Below, in pieces: positions 24,190-35,923 of a stretch of 64,000 nt of DNA (the first letter of the stretch is position 1; each line of letters begins with the position of its first letter). Both the position numbers and the translations under genes were made by a program. The stretch spans positions 186,001-250,000 of the forward strand of contig JAXLNO010000110.1 in NCBI GenBank assembly GCA_038087875.1, read 5' to 3'. The notes beneath the pieces were generated by a model. The model was not told the origin of the DNA. It did no database searches and saw nothing but the letters and a program-made list of their open reading frames with translations. This DNA comes from Malacoraja senta. Lineage: Eukaryota.

Positions 24190-27100
24190 TTAGGTCCCCT
24201 CATTCTTCTGAACTCCAGCGAGTACAGGCCCAGTGCCGACAAACGCTCGTCATATGTCATTCCTGGGTTCAAGCTTGTAAACCTCCTCTGGACCTTCTCC
24301 AGATATTGGTGCCTCAAAATTGCTCACATTTGTGGTTTACAAGAAAAGACACAGGAAGATACTGCAGATGCTGGTTTAAACCGAAGATAGACACAAAATG
24401 CTGGAGTTACTCTGCGACAGGCAGCATCTCTGGAGAGAAGGAATGGGTGACGTTTTGGGTCGAGACCATTCTTCAGACAGGTTAGGGGTAAGGGAAACGA
24501 GAGATATTGACGGTGATAAGGAGAGATAAATGAATGAATGAATAGGTTTATTGGCCATGTATGTTCACATACAAGGAATTTGCCTTGGTGCTCCGCCCGC
24601 AAGTAACAACACGACATACAGTAAACAATTAAGAATAAAACATAAAGCATTAAACATTAATAATAAAACATTATCGCTTAAACATGTGAATTAAACAAAA
24701 ATACCAGAGCAAAAGGAGGCAACAGATTTTTGGTTATTGAGTAGAGCTACTACTCGTGGGGAAAAAAGCCGTTTTTATGTCTGGCTGTGGCAGCTTTGAC
24801 AGTCCGGAGTCGCCTTCCAGAGGGAAATGATTCAAAGAGTTTGTGGTCAGGGTGAGAGGGGTCAGAGATGATCTTGCCCGCTTGCTTCCTGGCCCTTGCA
24901 GTTTACAGTTCGTCAATGGAGGGAAGGTTGCAGCCAATAACCTTCTCAACTGATCGGACGATTCGCTGCAGCCTCTGGGTGTCGTGCTTGGTGGCTGAGC
25001 CAAACCAGACCATGATGGAGAAGGTGAGGACAGACTCTATGATGGCCGTATAGAATTGGACCATCATTGCCTGTGGCAGATTGTGTTTCCGCAGCTGCCG
25101 CAGGAAGTACGTCCTCTGAACGTACAATGAATGAAAGATATGCAAAGTAACGATGATAAAGGAAACAGGCCGTTGTCAGCTGTTTGTTGGGTGAAAATAA
25201 GAAGCTGGTGCGACTTGGGTGGTGGAGGGATAGAGAGAGAGGGAATGCCGGGGCTACCTGAAGTGAGAGAAACCAATATTCATACCACTGGGCTGTAAGC
25301 TGCCCAAGCGGAATATGAGATGCTGTTCCTCCAATTTGCGGTTTAGCCTCACTCTGACAATGGAGGAGACCTAGGACAGAAAGGTCTGTGTAGGAATGGT
25401 TGACTTTGGAAGAGGAAGGATGAGGCGCCACAAACCTGTCTTCAACGATGGGTCGATGGTGGAGTCAAAACCCATGTTCCTGGGCATGCATACATGTCTT
25501 GGACGCAGCACATTGATGCAATGAAATAGAAAGCCCATTATCTGCAGTAAGATGCTGCAGACGTTCTAGCAATCGGTGGTGGCCAATGCCATCTTCTTCG
25601 CTGCCGTGTGCTGGGGCAGCAGGGCGAAGGCCGTGGACGCCAACAGGATCAACAAACTCATCAGGAAGGCTGGCTCCGATCTGGGGGCTGAGTTGGATTC
25701 ATTGGAGGTTGGTCTTGGAGGGGAGGATTATCCTCAAACTGTGGAGCATCCTGGACAATACAGCTCACTCCCTCCGTGACACACTGGTCAACCTGAGGAG
25801 CGCCTTCAGCAACAGACTGGTTCCACCAAGATGCAGCACAGAACGCCACAGGAGATCCTTCTTCCCTGTGGCTATCAAACTGTACAACTCCTCCCTCTTG
25901 TGTCGTGGGGTAGACTAACACTGACCCCGCCCCCCCAACCCCTCTCCCAAATCTTTGCACATCCCCAATCCTGGACTTCCCACTCGCCACGATAATTTCA
26001 TGTTTCATGCATCTTGCTGTGTTTTACGACTGTTGGCAGACCAATTTCCCTCCCGGGATAAATAAAGTTCTATCGTATCGTATAAACGCCTCTACTTCCT
26101 TACAAGTCTTGGTGAGACTTGAGATTTGTTATATTGATGAATACTTTTTTGAACTTCCACTTTGACCTAGCAAGTCCGCACCGACCAATGATCACCCGTA
26201 CACACTAGTTCTATATCATCCCAATTTCACATCCTACACACTTGGGGCAATTTACAATTTGTTTATCATATCAAATTGTTAAGGGCTTGGACACACTAGA
26301 AGCAGGAAACATGTTCCCGATGTTGGGGGAGTCCAGAACAAGGGGCCACAGTTTAAGAATTAGGAGTAAGCCATTTGGAATGGAGACGAGGAAACACTTT
26401 TTCTCACAGAGAGTTGTGAGTCTGTGGAATTCTCTGCCTCAGAGGGCGGTGGAGGCGGGTTCTCTGGATGCTTTCAAGAGAGAGCTAGATAGGGCTCTTA
26501 AAAATAGTAGAGTCAGGGGATATGGGGAGAAGGCTGGAACGGGGTACTGATTGGGGATGATCAGCCATGATCACATTGAATGGCGGTGCTGGCTCGAAGG
26601 GCCAAATGGTCTACTCCTGCACCTATCGTCTATTGTTTACTGAGACCAATTAACCTACAAACCTGCACGTCTTTGGAGTGTGGGAGTAAAACCGGAGCAC
26701 CCGGAGAAATTCCACATGGTCACGGGGAGAACGTACAAACTCCACACACACAGCACCCGCAGTCAGGATCGAACCCGGGTCTCTGGTGCTGTAAGGCAGC
26801 AACTCCACCACTGTGCCCTGTGACTGCGTGGGTTTCCTCCGGGTGCTCCGGTTTCGTCCCACATCCCAAAGACGTTCCCATGCAGGTTTGTGGGCTAATC
26901 GGCCCTCTGTAAATTGCTCCCTAGTGTGTAGGGAGTGGATGAGAAAGTGGGATAACGTGGAACTAGTGTGTGAAAGGATGATTGATAATTGGCATGGACT
27001 TAGTGGGCCGAAGGGCCGGTTTCCATGATGTATAGAATCCCGGTTCGATTCTTACCACGGGTGCTGTCTGTACAGAGTTTGCACGTTCTCCCCGTGACCA

Positions 27101-27929
27101 ACGTGGGTTTTCTCCGGGTGCTCTGGTTTCCTCCCACACTTCAAAGATGTGCAGGTTTGTAGGTTAATAGCCTTCAGTATATAGGTGTGTAGGGCAGTGT
27201 TGGATAAATCTGTTGTGATGGTGTGATTTATGTACATTTGGAAAGACAGGGATGGTGTCTATGTTCAGGGGAAATCCTCTCACTAATTTGATTGTGTTTT
27301 CCCAAACCCAATTAACCTACAAACCTGCACAAATTGCCTCTTGCAGTCTCTCTATTTTTTTCTTGCTTCTCCCCTTCCTCTCTCTTCCCTCTCTTTCTCT
27401 CTTGCTCTCTCGTCTCCCTTTCTCGCTTCTCTTTTTGCCTCTTTCTCTCTTACCTCTCTCTTGCCTCTCTCTTTCTCCCTTTCGTCTCTCTCTCTCGTTC
27501 CTCTCTCTTTCTCTTGCCCCCTCACTCTTTCTCTCTTGCTCTCTCCTGGTTCCTGAACCTACCTGATCTCCGGGTTGCTAAACGTTTAATTCTCCTTCCC
27601 ATTCCCACTGACCTTTCTCTCCTGTGTATCCTCCATTGTTAGAGTGAGGCCAAATGCAAATTAGAGGAACAGCATCTCATATTTTGCTTGGGCAGCTTAT
27701 AGCCCAGTGGTATGAATATTGATTTCTCTCACTTCAGGTAGCCCTGGCATCCCCTCTCTCTCTCTATCCCTCCCGCACCCAAGTCGCACCAGCTTCTCGT
27801 TTTCACCCAACAAACCGCCAACAATGGCCTGTTTCCTTTATCATCGTCACTTTTTTGCATATCTTTCATTCATTGTTCCTTATCTCTCCACATCACCGTC
27901 TATATCTCTCGTTTTCCTTTTCCCCGACT

Positions 27930-27963
27930 AGTCTGAAGAAGGGTCTCGACCCGAAACGTCACC
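27930..27963 (+). ncRNA. Minimal hammerhead ribozyme motif in a Penelope terminal repeat
   Basis: AGU-CUGAAGA-A-GGGU(CUCG)ACCC-GAAA-CGUC-ACC, downstream of a Penelope GIY-YIG 3' remnant. Confidence 0.65.
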
Positions 27964-29110
27964 ATTCCTTCTCTCCAGGGATGCTGCCTGTCCCGCTGAG
28001 TTACTCCAGCGTTTTGTGTCTATCTTCAGTTTAAACCAGCATCTGCAGTTCGTTCCTACACAAGGAGAGGTGGGGGCAGGACAAAGCCTGGCAAGTGATA
28101 GGTGGATACAGGTGAGGGGGGAAGGGTGATTGTTAGATGGGTGGAGTCAGTGTCATAGGCTGGAGATGCAAGGGACAGCAGGGTGTCACATCAGGAGCGA
28201 GGAGGAGTGAAGCGCAATGCCGGAGGGAGGTTTATGAGTGGAAGAGCAGAGATAAAGGTCAGCCCAGACTATCACACAAACCAACCTCCCTTCCACTGAC
28301 TCCATCAACACCTCACGCTGCCTAGGCAAGGCCAGCAGCATAATCACGGTCCAGTCTCACCGCCGGTCACTCCCTCATCTCTCCTCTCCCATCGGGCAAG
28401 AGGTACAGAAGTGTGAAAACAAACGCGCACACCTCCAGATTCAGGGACAGTTTCTTCCCGCCTGTTATCAGGCAAATGAACCATCCTCTCACCAACTAGA
28501 GAGCGGTCCTGACCTCCCATCGACCTCTTTGGAAACCCTTGCACTATCTTTAATTGGACTTTACTGGAGTTTGCCTTGCACTAAACGTTATTCCCTTAAT
28601 CCTGTGTCTGTACACTGTGGACATCTCGATTGTATAGTCTTTCTACTGACTAGTTAGCACACAACAAAAAAAGCTTTTCACTCAACCTTGGTATACGTGA
28701 CACTAAACTAAACTACACTACATGGGAGATTCTGGGATGGGAGATGAGGGTGGGGATGGTTAAAGGGGAGAGGGAGGAGGGGAACAGGGAGGAATCCCAC
28801 AGTAGACGGTGTGGTGGCGTTGCAGTCGAGTCTCTGCCTTACAGTGTTTGCAGCGCCGGAGACCCGGGTTCCATCCCGAGTACGGGCGCTGTCTGTACGG
28901 AGTTTGTACGTTCTCCCCGTGGGTTTTCTCCGAGATCTTTGGTTTCCTCCCACATTCCAAAGACGTATATTGTAGGTTGACACAAAACTCTTCCTCAGAA
29001 GGCGGCACAGTGAAGAAGGGTCTCCACCTGAAACGTCACCCATTCCTTCTCTCCAGAGATGCTGCCTGTCCCGCTGAGCTACACCAGCTTTTACGTCTAT
29101 CTTCGGTTTA

Positions 29111-29627
29111 TAACCATATAACCATATAACCATTACAGCACGGAAACAGGCCATCTCGGCCGTTCAAGTCCGTGCCGAACATTTTTATTTTTTTTATTTT
29201 TTAATAAATACTTCCCCCTAGTCCCATCTACCTGCACTCAGACCATAACCCTCCATTCCTTTCCCGTCCATATACCCATCCAATCTATTTTTAAAGGATA
29301 AAATCGAACCAGCCTCCACCACTTCCACTGGAAGCTCATTCCACACAGCTACCACTCTCTGAGTAAAGAAGTTCCTCCTAATGCTACCCCTAAACCTCTG
29401 TCCCTTAATTCTCAAGTCATGTCCCCTTGTTTGAATCTTCCCTACTCTCAATGGAAAAAGCTTATCCACGTCAACTCTGTCTAACCCACTCATAATTTTA
29501 AAGACCTCCATCAAGTCCCCTCTTAACCTTCTGCGCTCCAAAGAATAAAGACCTAACTGGTTCAACCTTTCTCTGTAACTTAGTTGCTGAAACCCAGGCA
29601 ACATTTTCTAGTAAATCTCCTCTGTAC
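29111..29627 (-). mobile_element. CR1 LINE 3' fragment, private to the right arm
   Basis: ORF 29218-29604 (LYSLERRRLRGDL, FFTQRVV); (ATGGTTAT)n tail; absent from the left arm near 8045. Confidence 0.9.
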
Positions 29628-31884
29628 TTTAAACCAGCATCGGCAGTTCCTTCTTACACATTATATGAATGGTGTCAGATTATTAAAAGGGGAGGTGCTG
29701 TTATACACTTGGTGATGGTCCCAGCGAGATCCTGCCGACTACTCTGCTCACCCTCACTCTGGAATAACAAACCCCGTCAGACACTACTGCTTCTTCTTCT
29801 TGCGTATGGCGTGCACAGCCTAAAGTTGTCGGGCAACTTGTTCTATTTGATCTTATTTGTTTGTGCACGTCGGGTTGATTACATTTGTCGAAACACTGAT
29901 GCTCATTGTAAAGACACAACTTTATTACGCTCGCGGGAGTGGGCGAGTCACTGCAAGTATGGTCACATACTTCGCAGCTCCTCGCTGTCCCACTCAATTA
30001 TTCTGTGCACAGGCAGTATATACTGTACATGAGTGGTCACGGGTCCAGCTAATCACACAATCAGCACAGAGGTGGAGGACAGTCCCCCCCCCCCCCATAT
30101 TTTGAGAGGTGGGGACAATCCCCCCCATGTATTCTAATCCGGATTTTGAAATTCGGTGAAAATAAATTTATTAAAAATCTCCGCTTTCCGCGAGACAGAA
30201 TTACTCCAGCATTTTGTGTCTACCTTCGGTTGAAACCAGCATCTGCAGTTCCTTCCTCCAGGTTTATAGGTTAATTGGCTTGGTATAAATGTAAATTGTC
30301 CCTAGTGCGTGCAGGGTAGTGTGTGGAGATCGCTGGTCAGTGCGGATTCGGTGGGCCGAAGGGCCTGTTTCCGCGCTGTACTTCTAAACTAAACTATACT
30401 AGTCAACCCCAGGGGTTAGGGAACGGGGAGTGAACTTTGGACTCAGCAGGGAGGGGTAGTTGGTGGCATGCCATGGGTGGGGACAGGACAATAGAACGAT
30501 CGCTATGTGGATGGGTTGGTGTCAGTATTTGCAACAACATTACAAAATTATCCCTTGCAACAATGTGAAGGAACTGCAATTATGCAGCTTGGGCATGTGG
30601 GCGATAGACCAGTTAAGACAGGTCAGGTGAATGCCGGGTTAAGGTGCAGAATACACCTTTGTCTCATTCTCTGCGAGGCATTTCAGAGGCGTTTAGACAG
30701 GCACATGGATATTATGCTGGGACCGGAGGGCTATGGATCACGTGCAGGCAGAGGAGATTAGTTTATGCTCCACAATCAGAGGGAGAGAGAGGCGGGCCAG
30801 ACCCCAGGAGTCAGTGGGTATGAGGAGCGTTTGACGGCACTGGGCCTGGACTCCCTGGAGTTTAGAATGATGGGGGGTGGAGGGGGGGAGGGGGGCACCT
30901 CATTGAAACTCACCGAACAGAGAAAGACTTTCCATAAAGTGAATGAGTGGATGTGGAGAGGATGTTTCCACTAGTTGGGGAGTCCCGGACCAGAGGTCAG
31001 TCTCAGAATTAAAGGACGTTCCTTTAGAAAAGAGATGAGGAGGAACTTCTTTAGTCAGAGGGGGGTGAATCTGTGGAATTGATTGCCACAGATGGCTGTG
31101 GAGGCCAAGACAATAGATATTTTTAAGGCAGAGATAGATAGAATCTTGATTAATATGGGGTGTCAAGGGTTGTGAGCAGGATAATGGGGTTGAGAAGGAG
31201 AGTTACAGAACCCTCCATAATGTTTGGGACAAAGACCGATCATTTATTTATTTATTTGCCTCTGTACTCCACAATTTGAGATTTGTAATTGAAAAAAACA
31301 CATGTGGCTAAAGTGCACAATTGTCAGATTTTAATAAAGGACATTTTAATACATTTTGGTTTCACCATATAGAAATTACAGCAGTGTTTATACATAGTCC
31401 CCCCATTTCAGGACACCATAATGTTTGGGACACAGCAATGTCATATAAATGAAAGTAGTCATGTTTAGCATTTTGTTGCATATCCTTTGCATGCAATGAC
31501 TGCTTGAAGTCTGCGATTCATGGACATCACCAGTTGCTGGGTGTCTTCTCTGGTGATGCTCTGCCAGGCCTGTATTGCAGCCATCTTTAGCTTATGCTTG
31601 TTTTGGGGGGTAGTCCACTTTAGTTTTCTCTTCAGCATATAAAAGGCATGCTCAATTGTGTTCAGATCAGGTGATTGACTTGGCCACTCAAGAATTGACA
31701 ATTTTTTAGCTTTGAAAAAGTCCTTTGTTGCTTTAGCAATATGTTTGAGATCATTGTCTTGCTGTAGAATGAACTGCCGGTCAATGAGTTTTGAGGCATT
31801 TGTTTGAACTTGAGCAGATAGGATGTGTCTATATACTTCAGAATTCATTATGCTACTACCATCAGCAGTTGAATCAACAATGAA

Positions 31885-34119
31885 TCATTCAGAAACAATG
31901 GTTCTGAACTTAAAGAAAGGTAACTTAGAGGGTATGAGACGTGAATTGGCCAAGATTGACTGGCAATTAATTCTAAAAGGGTTGACGGTGGACATGCAAT
32001 GGAAGACATTTAAAGACTGCATGGATGAACTACAAAAATTGTTCATCCCAGTTTGGCAAAAGAATAAATCAGGGAAGGTAGTGCATCCGTGGATAACAAG
32101 GGAAATCAGGGATGGTATCAAAGCGAAGGATGATGCGTACAAATTAGCCAGAAAAAGCAGCATACCGGAGGACTGGGAGAAATTCAGAGACCAGCAGAGG
32201 AGGACAAAGGGCTTAATTAGGAAAGGAAAAATAGATTATGAAAGAAAACTGGCAGGGAACAAAAAAACTGACTGCAAAAGTTTTTATAGATATGTAAAAA
32301 GAAAGAGATTAGTTAAAACAAATGTAGATCCCTTGCAGTCAGGAACAGGTGAGTTGATCATGGGGAACAAGGATATGGCGGACCAATTGAATAACTACTT
32401 TGGTTCCGTCTTCACTAGGGAAGACATAAATAATCTGCTGGAAATAGCAGGGGACCGTGGGTCAAAGGAGTTGGAGGAATTGAGTGAAATCCAGGTTAGT
32501 CGGGAAGTGGTTTTGGGTAAATTGAATGGATTAAAGGCCGATAAATCCCCAGGGCCAGATAGGCTGCATCCCAGAGTACTTAAGGAAGTAGCTCCAGAAA
32601 TAGTGGATGCATTAGTAATAATCTTTCAAAACTCTTTAGATTCTGGAGTAGTTCCTGAGGATTGGCGGGTAGCAAACGTAACCCCACTTTTTAAGAAGGG
32701 AGGGAGAGAGAAAACGGGGAATTACAGACCAGTTAGTTAGTCTAACATCGGTAGTGGGGAAACTGCTAGTCAGTTATTAAAGATGGGATAGCAGCACATT
32801 TGGAAAGTGGTGAAATCATTGGACAAAGTCAGCATGGATTTACGAAAGGTAAATCATGTCTGACGAATCTTATAGAATTTGTCGAGGATGTAACTTTCGT
32901 GGATAGGGGAGAACCAGTGGATGTGGTGTATCTGGACTTCCAAAAGGCTTTCGACAAGGTCCCACATAAGAGATTAGTATACAAACTTAAAGCACATGGC
33001 ATTGGGGGTTCAGTATTGATGTGGATAGAGAACTGGCTGGCAAACAGGAAGCAAAGAGTAGGAGTAAACGGGTCCTTTTCACAATGGCTGGCAGTGACTA
33101 GTGGGGTACCGCAAGGCTGAGTGCTGGGACCCCAGCTATTTACAATATATATTAATGATCTGGATGAGGGAATTGAAGGCAATATCTCCAAGTTTGCGGA
33201 TGACACTAAGCTGGGGGGCAGTGTTAGCTGTGAGGAGGATGCTAGGAGACTGCAAGGTGACTTGGATAGGCTGGGTGAGTGGGCAAATGTTTGGCAGATG
33301 CAGTATAATGTGGATAAATGTGAGGTTATCCATTTTGGTGGCAAAAACAGGAAAGCAGACTATTATCTAAATGGTGGCCGACTAGGAAAAGAGGAGATGC
33401 AGCGAGACCTGGGTGTCATGGTACACCAGTCATTGAAAGTAGGCATGCAGGTGCAGCAGGCAGTGAAGAAAGCGAATGGTATGTTAGCTTTCATAGCAAA
33501 AGGATTTGAGTATAGGAGCAGGGAGGTTCTACTGCAGTTGTACAGGGTCTTGGTGAGACCACACCTGGAGTATTGCGTACAGTTTTGGTCTCCAAATCTG
33601 AGGAAGGACATTATAGCCATAGAGGGAGTGCAGAGAAGGTTCACCAGACTGATTCCGGGGATGTCAGGACTGTCATGAAGAAAGATTGGATAGACTTGGC
33701 TTATACTCGCTAGAATTTAGGAGATTGAGAGGGGATCTTATAGAAACTTACAAAATTCTTAAGGGGTTGGACAGGCTAGATGCAGGAAGATTGCTCCCGA
33801 TGTTGGGGAAGTCCAGGACAAGGGGTCACAGCTTAAGGATAAGGGGGAAATCCTTTAAAACCGAGATGAGAAGAACTTTTTTCACACAGAGAGTGGTGAA
33901 TCTCTGGAACTCTCTGCCACAGAGGGTAGTCGAGGCCAGTTCATTGGCTATATTTAAGAGGGAGTTAGATGTGGCCCTTGTGGCTAAAGGGATCAGAGGG
34001 TATGGAGAGAAGGCAGGTACGGGATACTGAGTTGGATGATCAGCCATGATCATATTGAATGGCGGTGCAGGCTCGAAGGACCGAATGGCCTACTCCTGCA
34101 CCTAATTTCTATGTTTCTA
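31885..34119 (+). mobile_element. CR1 LINE, 5'-truncated ORF2 (reverse transcriptase) with frameshifts and stops
   Basis: KSPGPD, LDFQKAFDKV, GVPQG and FADDTK motifs; TTTCTATG tail; inserted inside Tc1. Confidence 0.95.
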
Positions 34120-34779
34120 TGAAGATAAGTGAGCCAGTACTTTCAGCAGCCATACATGCCCAGGCAATAACACCCCCACCACCGTGTTTCACAGATGAGG
34201 TGGTATTCTTTGGATTTTGGACAGTTCCTTCTCTCCTCCATACTTTGCTCTTGCCATCACTCTGGTATAAGTTAATCTTCGTCTCATCTGTCCACAAGAA
34301 CTGTGGTTGTTCTTTTAAGTACGTCTTGGCAAACTGTAACCTGGCCATCCTATTTTTGCGGCTAACCAGTGGTTTGCATCTTGCACTGTAGCCTCTGTAT
34401 TTCTGTTCATGAAGTCTTCTGCAGACAGTGGTCATTGACAAATCCACACCTGACTCCTGAAGAGTGTTTCTGATCTATCAGACAGGTGTTTGGGGATTTT
34501 TCTTAATTATAGAGTGAATTCTTCTGTCATCAGCTGTGGAGGTCTTCCTTGGCCTGCCAGTCCCTTTGCGATTAGTAAACTCACCAGTGCTCTCTTTCTT
34601 CCTAATGATGTTCCAAACAGTTGATTTTGGTAATGTTTGGCTGATGTCTCTAACAGTTTTATTCTTGTTTCTCAGTCTCATAATGGCTTCTTTGACTTTC
34701 ATTGACATAACTTTAGTCCTCATGTTGATAAACAGCAATAAAAGTTTCCAAAGGTGATGGAAAGACTGGAGGAAAGACT

Positions 34780-35554
34780 TCTTCTTCTTCTTCTTGTAGG
34801 ATTCCGGCAGTGTAGACGCTGCTAAGCGTATTACTGCCCTCCACAGGTCAAAGTTTGAACTAAATTCTTACCTACAGTCCTGTAACTTGCAGGAATTGAA
34901 GAACAGCCCTGGATATCAGTTGATGTTTCTCATTGTGTCCAAACAAAGATAAAACAGAAAAAGCCTCAACTCCAAGTCCTGTCAGTCTAACAAACAATAC
35001 TTTTCTTTCTACCCTATACTTTTTACATTCTAGGAAAACATGCTTAACTGTCTCATTACTCCCACATTCACACAAGCCAGAAACATGTTTCCCTACAATG
35101 CACAAATAGTAATTTAACCCACAGTGTCCCAACCTCAATCTACACAGTTTAACTGAGTCCCTACGGGACAGAGATGTACAGAAACATATTTTCCTAACTT
35201 CAGATTGTATAGAAAAGTAGTGTCTTCCCCTGACTTCCATTTCCCATCCTCTCTGCCATTCTTTTGTTAAGCCCTCTTTAATTATTTCTCTCAGTTCCAC
35301 TCTCCCCAATGATACATGGATATCTATTTCTCTTCTTAAACTCTTCTTTGCTATGAGGTCCACCTGCTCATTCCCCCTCACCCCAGCATGCCCGGGAACC
35401 CAGCAAAAAGTGATGTTACACGCAAACCCAATTCTAGAAAACACACTCAAGATTTCATTTAGCATGTCAGGACGAGCTTTAGATTTCCCTACTCTTAAAG
35501 TTTCAAGAGCAACTGCAGAATCAGAACAGATAATGACTTCTCTAAAACTGGCTT
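34780..35554 (-). mobile_element. I/Nimb-like LINE 3' fragment (RNase H C-terminus plus CCHC)
   Basis: WVPGHAGVRGNEQVDLIAK and CECG...ETVKHVFLEC; (GAA)n tail; perfect 14-bp TSD ctggaggaaagact at 34766-34779 and 35555-35568. Confidence 0.88.
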
Positions 35555-35923
35555 CTGGAGGAAAGACTAGGTGCTGAGAGCTCTCTTATACCTGCATTAA
35601 GGAGGCAATTAAACACACCTGAGCAATTACAAACGCCTGTGAAGTCATGTGTCCCAAACATTATGGTAGCTTGAAATGGGGGAACTATGTATTTTACTGC
35701 TGTAATTTCTACTTGGTGAAACCAAAATATATAAAAATGGCCTTTAATAAAATGTGACAATGTGCACTTTAACCACATGTGATTTTTTCTATTACAAATC
35801 TCAAAATGTGGAGTACAGAGGCAAATAAATAAATTATGGGTCTTTGTCCCAAACATTATGGTGGGCACTATAGATCAGCCTTGATAGAATGGTGGAGTAT
35901 TGACTTGATGGGCCGAATGCCCT

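Larger units (their letters stand above)
21147..31205. repeat. Right arm of the inverted segmental duplication
   Basis: Reverse complement of 6481-~16100; carries a private CR1 insertion at 29111-29627. Confidence 0.92.
31206..35870 (-). mobile_element. Full-length Tc1 transposon interrupted by two LINE insertions
   Basis: TIRs at both ends with TA flanks; transposase pieces with WTDETK, QQDND and WPSQSPDLN motifs. Confidence 0.9.
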
